DNA of 64,000 nucleotides from a virus (IMGVR_UViG_3300028008_000005:32001-96000), one strand, 5' to 3'; shown: positions 10,037 to 18,680, numbered from the stretch's first letter. Numbers and translations are program-made. Notes: generated by a model not told the origin, from the sequence alone.

Positions 10037-10194
10037 ATTTTCATAAATATTATTATGAGTACAACATTTATCTCATAAACCGAAGGATCTAGTTTCTCTG
10101 AAGCTATGATCCTTTTTTACTTTTAAAACTACCAAAAGGAGAAATCTGAAAAAAACTTTCATCCAATTATAAACAAGCAATTAGAGGTACATCT

Positions 10195-10371
10195 ATGTCT
10201 TATGGCCCACAAGTTGAGCGTTTGAAAAAAGATTCGAGAGAATTGGGATATTTTATGAGAAAGTTACAGAAATCCGGAAATACACAAAAGGCATATATTA
10301 TACAAAAAAAGATGGAGTATTTAGACAGTAAAATCCAAGAGATGAAAGAGGATCTTCTTACCTTACACTAA
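10195..10371 (+). CDS. hypothetical protein (58 aa, not in ORF track)
   Basis: GAGG RBS; MSYGPQVERLKKDSRELGY... Confidence 0.55.
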   Translation: MSYGPQVERLKKDSRELGYFMRKLQKSGNTQKAYIIQKKMEYLDSKIQEMKEDLLTLH

Positions 10372-10386
10372 GATAAGACGCTTTCC

Positions 10387-10418
10387 GAGGGGGATGGTGA
10401 TCCCACCCCCTCATTTAT
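10387..10418 (+). terminator. GC-rich hairpin, probable terminator
   Basis: GAGGGGG...CCCCCTC followed by an AT-rich tract. Confidence 0.5.
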
Positions 10419-10521
10419 TACGATTTGTTACGATTTAGTTTTCCTATATAAATCAATCACTTATAACCCCCGAAGCTATAACCCCTTGTTTTTATTAGAG
10501 TTTTTATTTGTGCCTAAGGGG

Positions 10522-10550
10522 TTTACAAGACCCTGATATAGCGGTATAAT
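10522..10550 (+). promoter_or_regulatory. early promoter
   Basis: TTTACA-N17-TATAAT; leader shared with the promoters at 26403 and 26660. Confidence 0.75.
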
Positions 10551-10581
10551 ACTCGCATAAATTAAACAAAGGGCTAAGATT

Positions 10582-10905
10582 ATGAACTACCAAGAAGCTA
10601 TGACAGACCTTATATCTCATATTAAAGAAGATTTTGAATCAAATGGTTACACCCACCTTTTAGTAGAAGATATTGATATTGAGGTATTATCTGGCTCTAA
10701 GTACGACAAGATTATCGAGAACGGTAGACACGGTGGACGCGTTATTGGGTTTGTGTGCAAAAAGGACAATCCTAAAAAAGGGTTCAATATTGGTGATATC
10801 TTAATGGCAGCAAGCTACAATGCTCCCTCTACTAATTTTGCTCGAGGCTCAATCTTTGACCCACAAACATACCGTGCACGAGTTCGCTTCCACGGTATAG
10901 TTTAA
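10582..10905 (+). CDS. early hypothetical protein
   Basis: KYDKI...GDILMAASYNAPSTNFARG motif. Confidence 0.6.
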   Translation: MNYQEAMTDLISHIKEDFESNGYTHLLVEDIDIEVLSGSKYDKIIENGRHGGRVIGFVCKKDNPKKGFNIGDILMAASYNAPSTNFARGSIFDPQTYRARVRFHGIV

Positions 10906-10919
10906 TAAAGGAAAAAAAT

Positions 10920-11111
10920 ATGAAGATTACACGTACTAATATTCTCAACGGCGAGGTTAACACCCTGGATCTGGATATTACTCCAGACCAGGTTTCTACG
11001 TATGAAGCTGGTGCTTTGCTTCAAGACGCATTTCCCCAGCTAAGCGTAGACGATCGCGAGTTTTTCAAGACTGGCATTACCGCTAAAAGCTGGGAAATGC
11101 TCGTAACGTAA
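10920..11111 (+). CDS. hypothetical protein
   Basis: LLQDAFPQLSVDDREFFKTGIT; AAGGA RBS. Confidence 0.6.
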   Translation: MKITRTNILNGEVNTLDLDITPDQVSTYEAGALLQDAFPQLSVDDREFFKTGITAKSWEMLVT

Positions 11112-11127
11112 TATTACGAATTAGGGG

Positions 11128-11157
11128 TTTACATACCCCCAGCCTATATGGTATAAT
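11128..11157 (+). promoter_or_regulatory. early promoter
   Basis: TTTACA-N18-TATAAT with TG. Confidence 0.65.
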
Positions 11158-11168
11158 GATTAAACAAA

Positions 11169-11759
11169 TTGGAGATTAAATTGAAAGAAAAAGTTATATT
11201 AGTTGACTGCGATGGCGTCCTACTCGACTGGGAGTACCACTTCCACCGTTGGATGGCAAACAAAGGATTTATTAGAAGTAGCGTAATTAGCTACAATGTT
11301 GCAGAGGTATACAACCTAGAAAAAACAGAAGCTAAGCACATTATTAAGCATTTTAACGAAAGCGCACAAATCGCTTTTCTATCACCTCTTCGTGATGCTG
11401 TTAAGTACGTTCGTAAGCTTCAAGAAGAACACGGTTACGTGTTCCATTGCATTACTTCGCTTAGTAATGATCCTGCTGCTCAAGAGCTTCGAAAGAAGAA
11501 CCTAGAAACTGTGTTTGGTAAAACCATCTTTGAAGATTTTATTATTCTTGGATGTGGATATGATAAAGACGAAGCTCTTGAGCCTTACCGTGATACTGGC
11601 TGCTTTTGGGTAGAGGATAAAATCGAAAATGCTGAGCTCGGTCTAGAACTTGGACTAAGCTCTATTCTTATTGCTCATAACCATAACAGTCATTATGATG
11701 GTAAAGTAAAAAGAATTAGCAACTGGAAAGAAATCTACAATGAAATTACTGGAGTATAA
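11169..11759 (+). CDS. HAD-superfamily 5'(3')-deoxyribonucleotidase-like protein
   Basis: DCDGVLLDW motif I, ITS motif II, WVEDK motif IV. Confidence 0.75.
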   Translation: MEIKLKEKVILVDCDGVLLDWEYHFHRWMANKGFIRSSVISYNVAEVYNLEKTEAKHIIKHFNESAQIAFLSPLRDAVKYVRKLQEEHGYVFHCITSLSNDPAAQELRKKNLETVFGKTIFEDFIILGCGYDKDEALEPYRDTGCFWVEDKIENAELGLELGLSSILIAHNHNSHYDGKVKRISNWKEIYNEITGV

Positions 11760-11761
11760 TT

Positions 11762-11965
11762 ATGCTTATTGAAAATGGTAAAATCGATCCACGCGTTCAC
11801 AATTTACTTAGGAGCATGCTTAATCCTGAAAAATATGGCAACTCAGTAAGCCCTGAGATTCGCGATGAAGTACGGGCATTGCTTGGTATGAATCGAGTAG
11901 AGCAAAGACTATATGCTCCTAATATTAAAAACGTAAAGATAGATCAATTTGGTAATTATTGCTAA
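11762..11965 (+). CDS. hypothetical protein
   Basis: 67-aa ORF with GGAG RBS. Confidence 0.5.
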   Translation: MLIENGKIDPRVHNLLRSMLNPEKYGNSVSPEIRDEVRALLGMNRVEQRLYAPNIKNVKIDQFGNYC

Positions 11966-12032
11966 CATATTACCAAATATCATAATGTTACATAAGGTAA
12001 CACGTATATATAGTATCGTTAAAGGAAAAAAT

Positions 12033-12416
12033 ATGAAAAAGCTTCTTTTTATAGCTTCATTGTTACCGGGTATTGCTTTAGCTGATGTGGTTGTTGTTGG
12101 TACTACACCGCGTTATGTTACGATATACCAAAAACAATGTGAGGTAAAAGATATCTTTATTCAGAAATCTTCTTCCTCCACCTTAGTTGGCGGGGTGATT
12201 GGTGGTTTGTTAGGACATCAAGTTGGTAACGGATCTGGTAAAACTGCAGCTACAATTGCTGGAGCTATTATAGGTTCTGATATAGCAAATAAGAATTCTG
12301 AACCAAAGCTAATTCAAAGAGAATATTGTACTGAAGTACCTATTCAAGTACAAAAAGGTGAAACAGTTACCTTTGAGTATAAGGGTAGAATATTTAGACA
12401 AACCTTTGACAACTAA
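12033..12416 (+). CDS. exported glycine-zipper 2TM protein (YcfJ-like)
   Basis: AAGGA RBS; signal peptide MKKLLF...ALA; GGVIGGLLGHQVGNGSGKTAATIAGAIIG. Confidence 0.8.
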   Translation: MKKLLFIASLLPGIALADVVVVGTTPRYVTIYQKQCEVKDIFIQKSSSSTLVGGVIGGLLGHQVGNGSGKTAATIAGAIIGSDIANKNSEPKLIQREYCTEVPIQVQKGETVTFEYKGRIFRQTFDN

Positions 12417-12417
12417 G

Positions 12418-12725
12418 AATTCGTTGAAGCATGTAATAGGAAGTTTGGACTCGGGTGCAAATCCCGATAGCTCCACCAAAAGAACACTGTCGGTGCTGTT
12501 GGGAAGCGCAGATGGACAACACTAGGACGCCGTTCGAATCGGAGCAGTGTTCTTCTGATGGGGCTATTCATAGATTCGACAGACAACTGAAAGCATGTGG
12601 AGAATAGGTGCGGGAGCTACCTTAAATGCAACAAACTCTATAAATGCAAACGATGAAGCATTTGCTCTAGCCGCATAGGTTAGATGAGGTATGGGCACCG
12701 CCTTATAATCAAACGGGCCTAAAAT
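12418..12725 (+). ncRNA. ssrA: circularly permuted (two-piece) tmRNA; acceptor piece ends CCA at 12478, coding piece starts at 12560, tag ANDEAFALAA at 12646-12678
   Basis: GGGGCTA/TAGCTCC-ACCA acceptor stem with G3:U; T-arm CGGG-TGCAAAT-CCCG; GATTCGAC D-loop; TAAAT-GCA resume context; tag ending ALAA-stop. Outer ends are approximate. Confidence 0.92.
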
Positions 12726-12791
12726 TCTCACATCAGAGAAACCAAAACTAAATATCCTCACAAGGGATTAATCGGAGATATAAGAAAGCTA

Positions 12792-12899
12792 ATGAACAAA
12801 AGAGAACTTACCTTTGAGGTAATATGTAATTTATTATTACCTGTAACAACCATGGCATTGATCGTTGTTTTGCCATTTATTACTAGTGGATTAATCTAG
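12792..12899 (+). CDS. small hydrophobic protein (35 aa)
   Basis: Manual translation MNKRELTFEVICNLLLPVTTMALIVVLPFITSGLI. Confidence 0.35.
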   Translation: MNKRELTFEVICNLLLPVTTMALIVVLPFITSGLI

Positions 12900-12935
12900 T
12901 ATACAATCTAACTGAAATGCGGTATAATATATATT

Positions 12936-13502
12936 ATGAATTTATTTGTATTAGACGAAAGCCCAGTCGTGTCAGCTCAACAACAGTGCGATAAGCACGT
13001 AGTAAAAATGATCGTTGAGTCTGCACAGATGCTCTCAACTGCCCATCGATACCTAGACGGGCAGTTAACCTCTATCCCCTCAAAGTCAGGCAAGACCAAT
13101 GTTAAGTATTGGAAGCTTGATGATTATAGAGAACCGTACTTATATAAGCCGGTTCATGTAAACCATCCTTGTACAATATGGACAAGAGAAAGTGTTGCTA
13201 ATTATATGTGGCACTATCGACACTTCTTAGCCCTATGCTACGAATATCGATATCGATATGGCAGAATGCATAAGACTGAAGAGGTACTATCAGACGTCTT
13301 GTCCTTTCTCCCATATAACATTCCCGCCGGTAAACTAACACCATTTCGATTAGCTATGGGTTCTAATCCAGAATGTATAGATAATAATGACGTAGTAGGA
13401 TCATATAGAAAATACTACAAAAGCAAGCAGTCCCAGTTTAATATGAGATGGACTAAAAGACAAACACCATCTTGGTTTAGCGAGGTAATAGGCAATGCAT
13501 GA
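12936..13502 (+). CDS. pyrimidine-dimer DNA glycosylase (DenV-like family)
   Basis: MNLFVLD...DKHVVKMIVESAQMLST...HVNHPCTIW; promoter TATACA-N17-TATAAT at 12900-12928. Confidence 0.75.
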   Translation: MNLFVLDESPVVSAQQQCDKHVVKMIVESAQMLSTAHRYLDGQLTSIPSKSGKTNVKYWKLDDYREPYLYKPVHVNHPCTIWTRESVANYMWHYRHFLALCYEYRYRYGRMHKTEEVLSDVLSFLPYNIPAGKLTPFRLAMGSNPECIDNNDVVGSYRKYYKSKQSQFNMRWTKRQTPSWFSEVIGNA

Positions 13503-13592
13503 GGGTCAATTCTGGTGTCCATTCCGTCAAGCTTTCTTTCAGTGGGATGAATTTATTTCCTATTATAGAGAGAAAGATAAAGAGAATGCAAT

Positions 13593-13796
13593 GTGAGTAT
13601 ACCAGCAAAGATAAAAGAACGTATGGATAACCTCCAGAATATGATGGAAAGCAACAATCATATAGATAATAAGAATAACGCTTTAGATGCGGTATCTCTT
13701 ATTACTAAATTCTGGCAAGCACTAAGCGAAGAAGATAAGGATTACGTTCAGGTAGCTCAGCATGCTATTGAAGAACAAACCCCCTGGAATATATAA
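13593..13796 (+). CDS. hypothetical protein
   Basis: 67-aa ORF coupled to the next gene. Confidence 0.5.
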   Translation: MSIPAKIKERMDNLQNMMESNNHIDNKNNALDAVSLITKFWQALSEEDKDYVQVAQHAIEEQTPWNI

Positions 13797-14050
13797 TGCC
13801 TACATATGACTACCACTGTAAATCCTGTGGGAATACGTTTACAAAATTATTAAAAATAGCTGATAGGAATTCCCCATCAGAAGTACCGTGTGAAGAGTGT
13901 GGTAATCTTGAAGTAGCTCAGAAGATTAGCGCACCTTTAATATCATATCAAGTTGGCGGGATATTGTCTAAGACTGATGGTGGTTGGAATGATACCCTTA
14001 AGAAAATAAAAGACGGAGCGGGACGGAATAATACAATTAATGTCAAATAG
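13796..14050 (+). CDS. FmdB-family zinc-ribbon protein
   Basis: MPTYDYHCKSCG...CEECG. Confidence 0.8.
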   Translation: MPTYDYHCKSCGNTFTKLLKIADRNSPSEVPCEECGNLEVAQKISAPLISYQVGGILSKTDGGWNDTLKKIKDGAGRNNTINVK

Positions 14051-14759
14051 CAACCAGCGCAATATGAAGACACTTAAGTTAAAGCTAGAAAATCTCCGAG
14101 AGCTGGAGCCAATAACAAAAAATCAAGAGAGGGTTTTTAAATCATATGAGGAAGGATTTAATCTTTGTTTATCTGGTTCAGCTGGATCTGGAAAGACTTT
14201 CTTGGCATTGTATCTTGCTCTAGAGGATGTGCTATCAAAGGAAACACCATATGAAAGGGTTGTTATTATTCGATCTGTAGTACCTACTCGCGACATCGGC
14301 TTTCTTCCTGGCAATGAAGATGAAAAGCTAGATGCCTATGCAGGACCTTATAAAGGTATTACCTCTGAGCTATTTGCGGACTCACAAGCCTGGGAAAAGC
14401 TGGGTAATCAAAGCCTAATTGAATTTACGTCTACCTCCTTTATTCGTGGTATAACTATTTCAAATGCTATTGTAGTGGTTGACGAAATGCAGAATCTTAA
14501 TTTCCACGAACTTGATTCTGTTATAACACGACTTGGCGAAGGCACAAAACTATTATTATGCGGAGACTATTACCAATCTGATTTTGATAAAGAAAGGGAT
14601 AGATCAGGCATTCTTAATTTCCTAAATATTGTTCAGAATATGAAGTACTTTGATCATATCGAATTTTCTTGGGAAGATATTGTTCGTAGCGGACTTGTTC
14701 GTGAGTATATTATGACTAAGGAGCAGATGGTAGAAGATGGCCAAGTTCAAAAGATTTGA
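14040..14759 (+). CDS. phoH: PhoH-family ATPase
   Basis: GSAGSGKT, IGFLPG, FIRGITI, DEMQN, GDYYQSD, IVRSGLV. Confidence 0.93.
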   Translation: MSNSNQRNMKTLKLKLENLRELEPITKNQERVFKSYEEGFNLCLSGSAGSGKTFLALYLALEDVLSKETPYERVVIIRSVVPTRDIGFLPGNEDEKLDAYAGPYKGITSELFADSQAWEKLGNQSLIEFTSTSFIRGITISNAIVVVDEMQNLNFHELDSVITRLGEGTKLLLCGDYYQSDFDKERDRSGILNFLNIVQNMKYFDHIEFSWEDIVRSGLVREYIMTKEQMVEDGQVQKI

Positions 14760-14862
14760 TCCTAGAAATAAAAAGGCAAATAAAAGCAAATCTTCTACAA
14801 AGCAAGATACCGACAAGCGTAAGCAACGTATTGTCAAACAGGGGTATACAAACGATCCCTAA
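14737..14862 (+). CDS. small basic protein (41 aa)
   Basis: MAKFKRFDPRNKKANK...; overlaps the phoH end. Confidence 0.45.
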   Translation: MAKFKRFDPRNKKANKSKSSTKQDTDKRKQRIVKQGYTNDP

Positions 14863-14899
14863 TGTGGTATAATATTTAATTATAATTGAAAAAGAGCTT

Positions 14900-15577
14900 A
14901 TGATGTTTCAACACGCTGACTTTAAACTAGACTATGATGACCTTACAGCTAAATCTGTTAAGAACGAACGTCGTTATGAAACCCCTGATGGTAAGTCCTA
15001 TCCTTCCGTTACTACAGTACTATCCATTCTTTCAGAAGACTTTATTCGAAAGTGGCGAAAAAGGGTAGGAGAAGATGAAGCAAATAAGGTTTCACATCGT
15101 GCATCTACACGCGGCACTGCAGTACATTCTATTATAGAAAAATACATCGACAACGATGAAAACTTCACAGAAGGTTTTATGCCTAATATTGTGGACAACT
15201 TTCTTGCTGTTCAAAAGGTACTAGATAATGGTATTGGCAAGGTATACTCTCAAGAAGCAGCTTTATATTCTCACCATCTAGGATTAGCAGGTCGTGTTGA
15301 CTGCGTTGCAGAATGGAATGGTAAGCTATCAATCATTGACTTTAAAACATCTAAAAAACTTAAAAAGAAGGAGTGGGTAGAGAACTACTTTATACAGGAA
15401 TCAGCATATGCTATTATGTGGGAAGAAAGAACTGGCATGCCTATTACCCAGCTAGTTACTATTATTGCAGTAGATAACGAAGAACCACAGGTGTTTATAG
15501 AACATCGTGACAATCACACAGAAAAGCTTTTAGCTACAATTAAAGAATATAATCGCCGTAAGATGTTCGGCAGATAA
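14900..15577 (+). CDS. PD-(D/E)XK exonuclease
   Basis: YPSVTTVL, RGTAVH, AGRVDC, IIDFKTS, QESAYA; promoter TATACA-N17-TATAAT at 14845-14873. Confidence 0.85.
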   Translation: MMFQHADFKLDYDDLTAKSVKNERRYETPDGKSYPSVTTVLSILSEDFIRKWRKRVGEDEANKVSHRASTRGTAVHSIIEKYIDNDENFTEGFMPNIVDNFLAVQKVLDNGIGKVYSQEAALYSHHLGLAGRVDCVAEWNGKLSIIDFKTSKKLKKKEWVENYFIQESAYAIMWEERTGMPITQLVTIIAVDNEEPQVFIEHRDNHTEKLLATIKEYNRRKMFGR

Positions 15578-15586
15578 GGATTTAAC

Positions 15587-16171
15587 ATGGCAGAATTAAC
15601 AGATCTATTTAGGAATAAAGAGAGTTTTACTGATAAGCCATTAAGTAGAATGTCAGACTATTATCTGTCTGGCCATTTAGATCGTCCAGAGGAATACATT
15701 GAATGGTTTGATCAAATTCGAAATGCGGGTGCTAACGATGTTATTGTTTTGCACATTAATTGCTTCGGTGGAGATCTTTATACGGCAATCCAATTTATTC
15801 GTGTATTGCAAGAATGCCAAGGTATTGTTGTAGCATCTGTAGAAGGTGCTTGCATGTCAGCTGCGACAATGATCTTTCTACAAGCTGATGAGGTAGAGAT
15901 ATCAAATCACTCTGCGTTTATGTTCCACAACTACTCTGGCGGAACAATCGGCAAGGGCGGGGAAATGATCGATCAGTTAACCTACGAGAGATCATGGTCA
16001 GAGAAACTTCTTAAAGAGGTTTATGCTGACTTTCTAAATGAAAAAGAAATAGAATCAATTCTTAATGGTAAAGATCTTTGGATGTCATCAGATGAGGTTA
16101 CAAAGAGAATGGACAGTAAAGCTAAAAAGATTAATAAGGAAATTTCTAAGAAAAGTAAGGCTATAAAATAG
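15587..16171 (+). CDS. ClpP-like serine protease
   Basis: INCFGG, GACMSAATMI (catalytic Ser), FMFHN (His), KDLWM. Confidence 0.8.
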   Translation: MAELTDLFRNKESFTDKPLSRMSDYYLSGHLDRPEEYIEWFDQIRNAGANDVIVLHINCFGGDLYTAIQFIRVLQECQGIVVASVEGACMSAATMIFLQADEVEISNHSAFMFHNYSGGTIGKGGEMIDQLTYERSWSEKLLKEVYADFLNEKEIESILNGKDLWMSSDEVTKRMDSKAKKINKEISKKSKAIK

Positions 16172-16207
16172 TATAAATAGTATTATATCAACTTGGTAGA
16201 GAATACT

Positions 16208-16876
16208 ATGCTATCTTTCAGCGATTATATTACCGAGGGTGTTAATGATCCTTCTATCTTTAAAGCTGTTTTCCTAGCCGGCGGACCAGGTTCTGGTAAG
16301 TCCTTTATGGTTGGGAAAACAGCTTTAACTGCTTTAGGCTTTAAGCTGATCAACTCTGATCCAGCATTTGAAGCTGCTCTTAAAAAAGCTGGCTTAACTA
16401 CTTCTGCAGACGATATTGCTTCTCCAAAAGGACAAGAACTCCGCGGCAAATCAAAGGTTTTGGTTGGTAAGCAATTAGATCTAGCCATTGATGGCAGGCT
16501 TGGATTAGTAATAGACGGTACAGGCAAAGACTTCGGTAAGATTAAACAGCAGGGAGATGCTCTAAGAGCTATCGGTTATTCTGTTGCTATGATCTTTGTT
16601 AATACTGATCTGGAAACTGCTCTTGCAAGAAACTCTAATCGAGATCGATCATTACCAGACGACATGGTAAGTAAGATGTGGAAAGATGTTCAGAATAACA
16701 TCGGCAAATTTTCTAATTACTTTGGTACTACCTTTATAGTTCTAGATAACTCTGATGGTTCTAATGCAGAAGGTGCAGCAATGGGAGCATATAAGAAGAT
16801 TAAAGCTTGGGCTAAGAAGACGCCTACAGAGAATCCGCGAGTTAAAAAATGGATTGATCGACAAAGAGGTTTATAA
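16208..16876 (+). CDS. P-loop kinase (zeta-toxin/AAA_33-like)
   Basis: AVFLAGGPGSGKS, INSD, VIDGTG; late promoter at 16172. Confidence 0.7.
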   Translation: MLSFSDYITEGVNDPSIFKAVFLAGGPGSGKSFMVGKTALTALGFKLINSDPAFEAALKKAGLTTSADDIASPKGQELRGKSKVLVGKQLDLAIDGRLGLVIDGTGKDFGKIKQQGDALRAIGYSVAMIFVNTDLETALARNSNRDRSLPDDMVSKMWKDVQNNIGKFSNYFGTTFIVLDNSDGSNAEGAAMGAYKKIKAWAKKTPTENPRVKKWIDRQRGL

Positions 16877-17136
16877 TGGACGATATATTTGATTTTGGTT
16901 TTACCGCCGTAGACGAAGCAGAACTTGAAGCAGTACAACAAGCATCCTCACAGCTGCAACAAACTTCCTCAGATGTGCAAGTCCTACAGGCTAAGATAGA
17001 TAAGCTATATAATTCTATTACGCCGCTTTTAACAAACCTAAAGAATAACCCAGAAAAAGAGTACATCCTCTGGCCGAAAAGACTAGAAAAAGTTGAGCAG
17101 TTTGAAACACATTTGCAAAAAATATATATGGAATGA
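16876..17136 (+). CDS. conserved hypothetical protein
   Basis: FDFGFTAVDE...NPEKEYILWP. Confidence 0.6.
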   Translation: MDDIFDFGFTAVDEAELEAVQQASSQLQQTSSDVQVLQAKIDKLYNSITPLLTNLKNNPEKEYILWPKRLEKVEQFETHLQKIYME

Positions 17137-17402
17137 TTATGACTAATCAGTGGCATGGTGGTAAAGGCGATAAAGTACGTAAGGTAAATCAAGCTAAATT
17201 TGATTCTAACTGGGATGCTATTTTTGGAAAGAAAGAAGATAAAAACTTTAAAAGAACCCAGCAAGACCTAACAGAATTAAATGGAGATGGTAATCGTCAA
17301 CGAGGTCATTACGGTGAAGACGAAAGCAACCCCGATGAAGATAAAGATCTTAAGTTTATGACAGCTAAAGACTATGTTAGTGGAACAGATAAAGATGAAT
17401 AG
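17133..17402 (+). CDS. hypothetical protein
   Basis: WHGGKGD...NWDAIF motif. Confidence 0.55.
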   Translation: MIMTNQWHGGKGDKVRKVNQAKFDSNWDAIFGKKEDKNFKRTQQDLTELNGDGNRQRGHYGEDESNPDEDKDLKFMTAKDYVSGTDKDE

Positions 17403-17856
17403 AGAAGCTGTCTACGAACAACTAAAAATTGATGAGGGAGTAGTATATGACATCTATCTCGACCATCTCGGCTATCCAACCTTCGGAGTTGGTCATCTTA
17501 TCCGAGAAAGTGATGAGGAATTCGGCAGGGGAGTTGGTACTGGAGTCAGTGAAGAACGAGTCAGGGCGTGTTTCGAACGTGACCTTGACATTGCAATCAG
17601 CGAATGCTGCACTCTATACGGCGAAGGGAGCTTTGGAGCATATCGAGATGAGGTCCAGCAGGTTCTGGTCAACATGATGTTTAACATGGGCCGACCGAGA
17701 CTCAGTAAATTTAAGAAATTCAATGCTGCTATTGCTAAAGGTGATTGGTTAGAAGCAGCAAAGGAAGGTAGAGACTCACGGTGGTATAATCAAGTTACTA
17801 ATCGTGCAGAAAGATTAATGATAAAACTTGAAATTTTAGAGAGTTTAGATAGATAA
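17395..17856 (+). CDS. GH24 T4-type lysozyme (endolysin)
   Basis: DEG...YLDHLGYPTFGVGH catalytic E-D-T; NMMFNMG; SRWYNQVTNRA. Confidence 0.9.
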   Translation: MNREAVYEQLKIDEGVVYDIYLDHLGYPTFGVGHLIRESDEEFGRGVGTGVSEERVRACFERDLDIAISECCTLYGEGSFGAYRDEVQQVLVNMMFNMGRPRLSKFKKFNAAIAKGDWLEAAKEGRDSRWYNQVTNRAERLMIKLEILESLDR

Positions 17857-17872
17857 TAATTGGAGAATAATA

Positions 17873-18352
17873 ATGGCTAAATTTAATAGATTGCTTGACG
17901 CAGACTTTCAACCACCAAGGACTTGGATTCTTGATCTATCTCTATCTTATGATTCAGATTGTCTAAGCGAAAACGAAGCGAGTTCGCTTAAAGCAGTTGG
18001 TGTAAAAATTAACAAGAATATGAAGATTACCGTACCAAAGAAGTTTAAGACTGATTTGGCCTCTGTTCCCCGTTTCGGATGGATTTTTGTTGCCCCTTTT
18101 GATATTGCCAGAGCAGGTGTAGTACATGATTATATGTATTATTGCATTCGACAATATCGATCTAGTATGGATGAAGCTGGCATTCCAGAAGATCCTTATT
18201 TAATCTCAGAAGCCAAAACTGTTGCTGATAAGGTATTTAAAGAAGCAATGGACGTTTCAGCAGATCATGTTTCTGGCTGGAAAAAATGGGTAGCTTGGAA
18301 AACAGTATCATTGTTTGGATGGAGCTCAATTGTTCCAAGAGACGAACTATAG
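17873..18352 (+). CDS. DUF1353-like protein
   Basis: VPKKFKTDLASVP, VVHDYMY, ADKVFKEAM. Confidence 0.75.
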   Translation: MAKFNRLLDADFQPPRTWILDLSLSYDSDCLSENEASSLKAVGVKINKNMKITVPKKFKTDLASVPRFGWIFVAPFDIARAGVVHDYMYYCIRQYRSSMDEAGIPEDPYLISEAKTVADKVFKEAMDVSADHVSGWKKWVAWKTVSLFGWSSIVPRDEL

Positions 18353-18669
18353 TGTGGATACTGCTAATTAGAGCAGCCATTACCGGCATATTTGGTTCTG
18401 CATTTGGTAAATGGTTTCTTTCTACCCGCATGGGAATGTGGTTTCAAAAGAAACTAAATGCCTTTATGGAATATCTTGCAGTCAAGTATGATATACAGAT
18501 TGCTAAGAAAGAAGCTAAATGGCGTTCTGATTACCCTCTTTTAGCAGAAAGAATTGATAAGCTTGAAGCTTGGACGCATCCTCCAGTAGCACCCGGTGGA
18601 GCAACAGAATTAGTTAAAGAGATAGAAACTCTAAAAAAAGAAATAGATTTATTAAAACGAAAGAAATAA
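18352..18669 (+). CDS. hypothetical protein with hydrophobic N-terminus
   Basis: Probable GTG start overlapping the upstream stop. Confidence 0.5.
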   Translation: MWILLIRAAITGIFGSAFGKWFLSTRMGMWFQKKLNAFMEYLAVKYDIQIAKKEAKWRSDYPLLAERIDKLEAWTHPPVAPGGATELVKEIETLKKEIDLLKRKK

Positions 18670-18680
18670 AGGAGGATGTT

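Noticed and set aside
12483-12555. Functional tRNA gene
   Set aside because: No regular anticodon stem-loop and no CCA; reported only as a tRNA-like spacer.
12564-12761. 65-aa minus-strand ORF
   Set aside because: It is antisense to the tmRNA coding piece.
14900-15577. Cas4 indicating a CRISPR system
   Set aside because: No Fe-S cysteine set and no array; it is an ordinary phage PD-(D/E)XK exonuclease.
16208-16876. Zeta toxin-antitoxin module
   Set aside because: Only P-loop similarity; no recognisable antitoxin; it sits under a late promoter.
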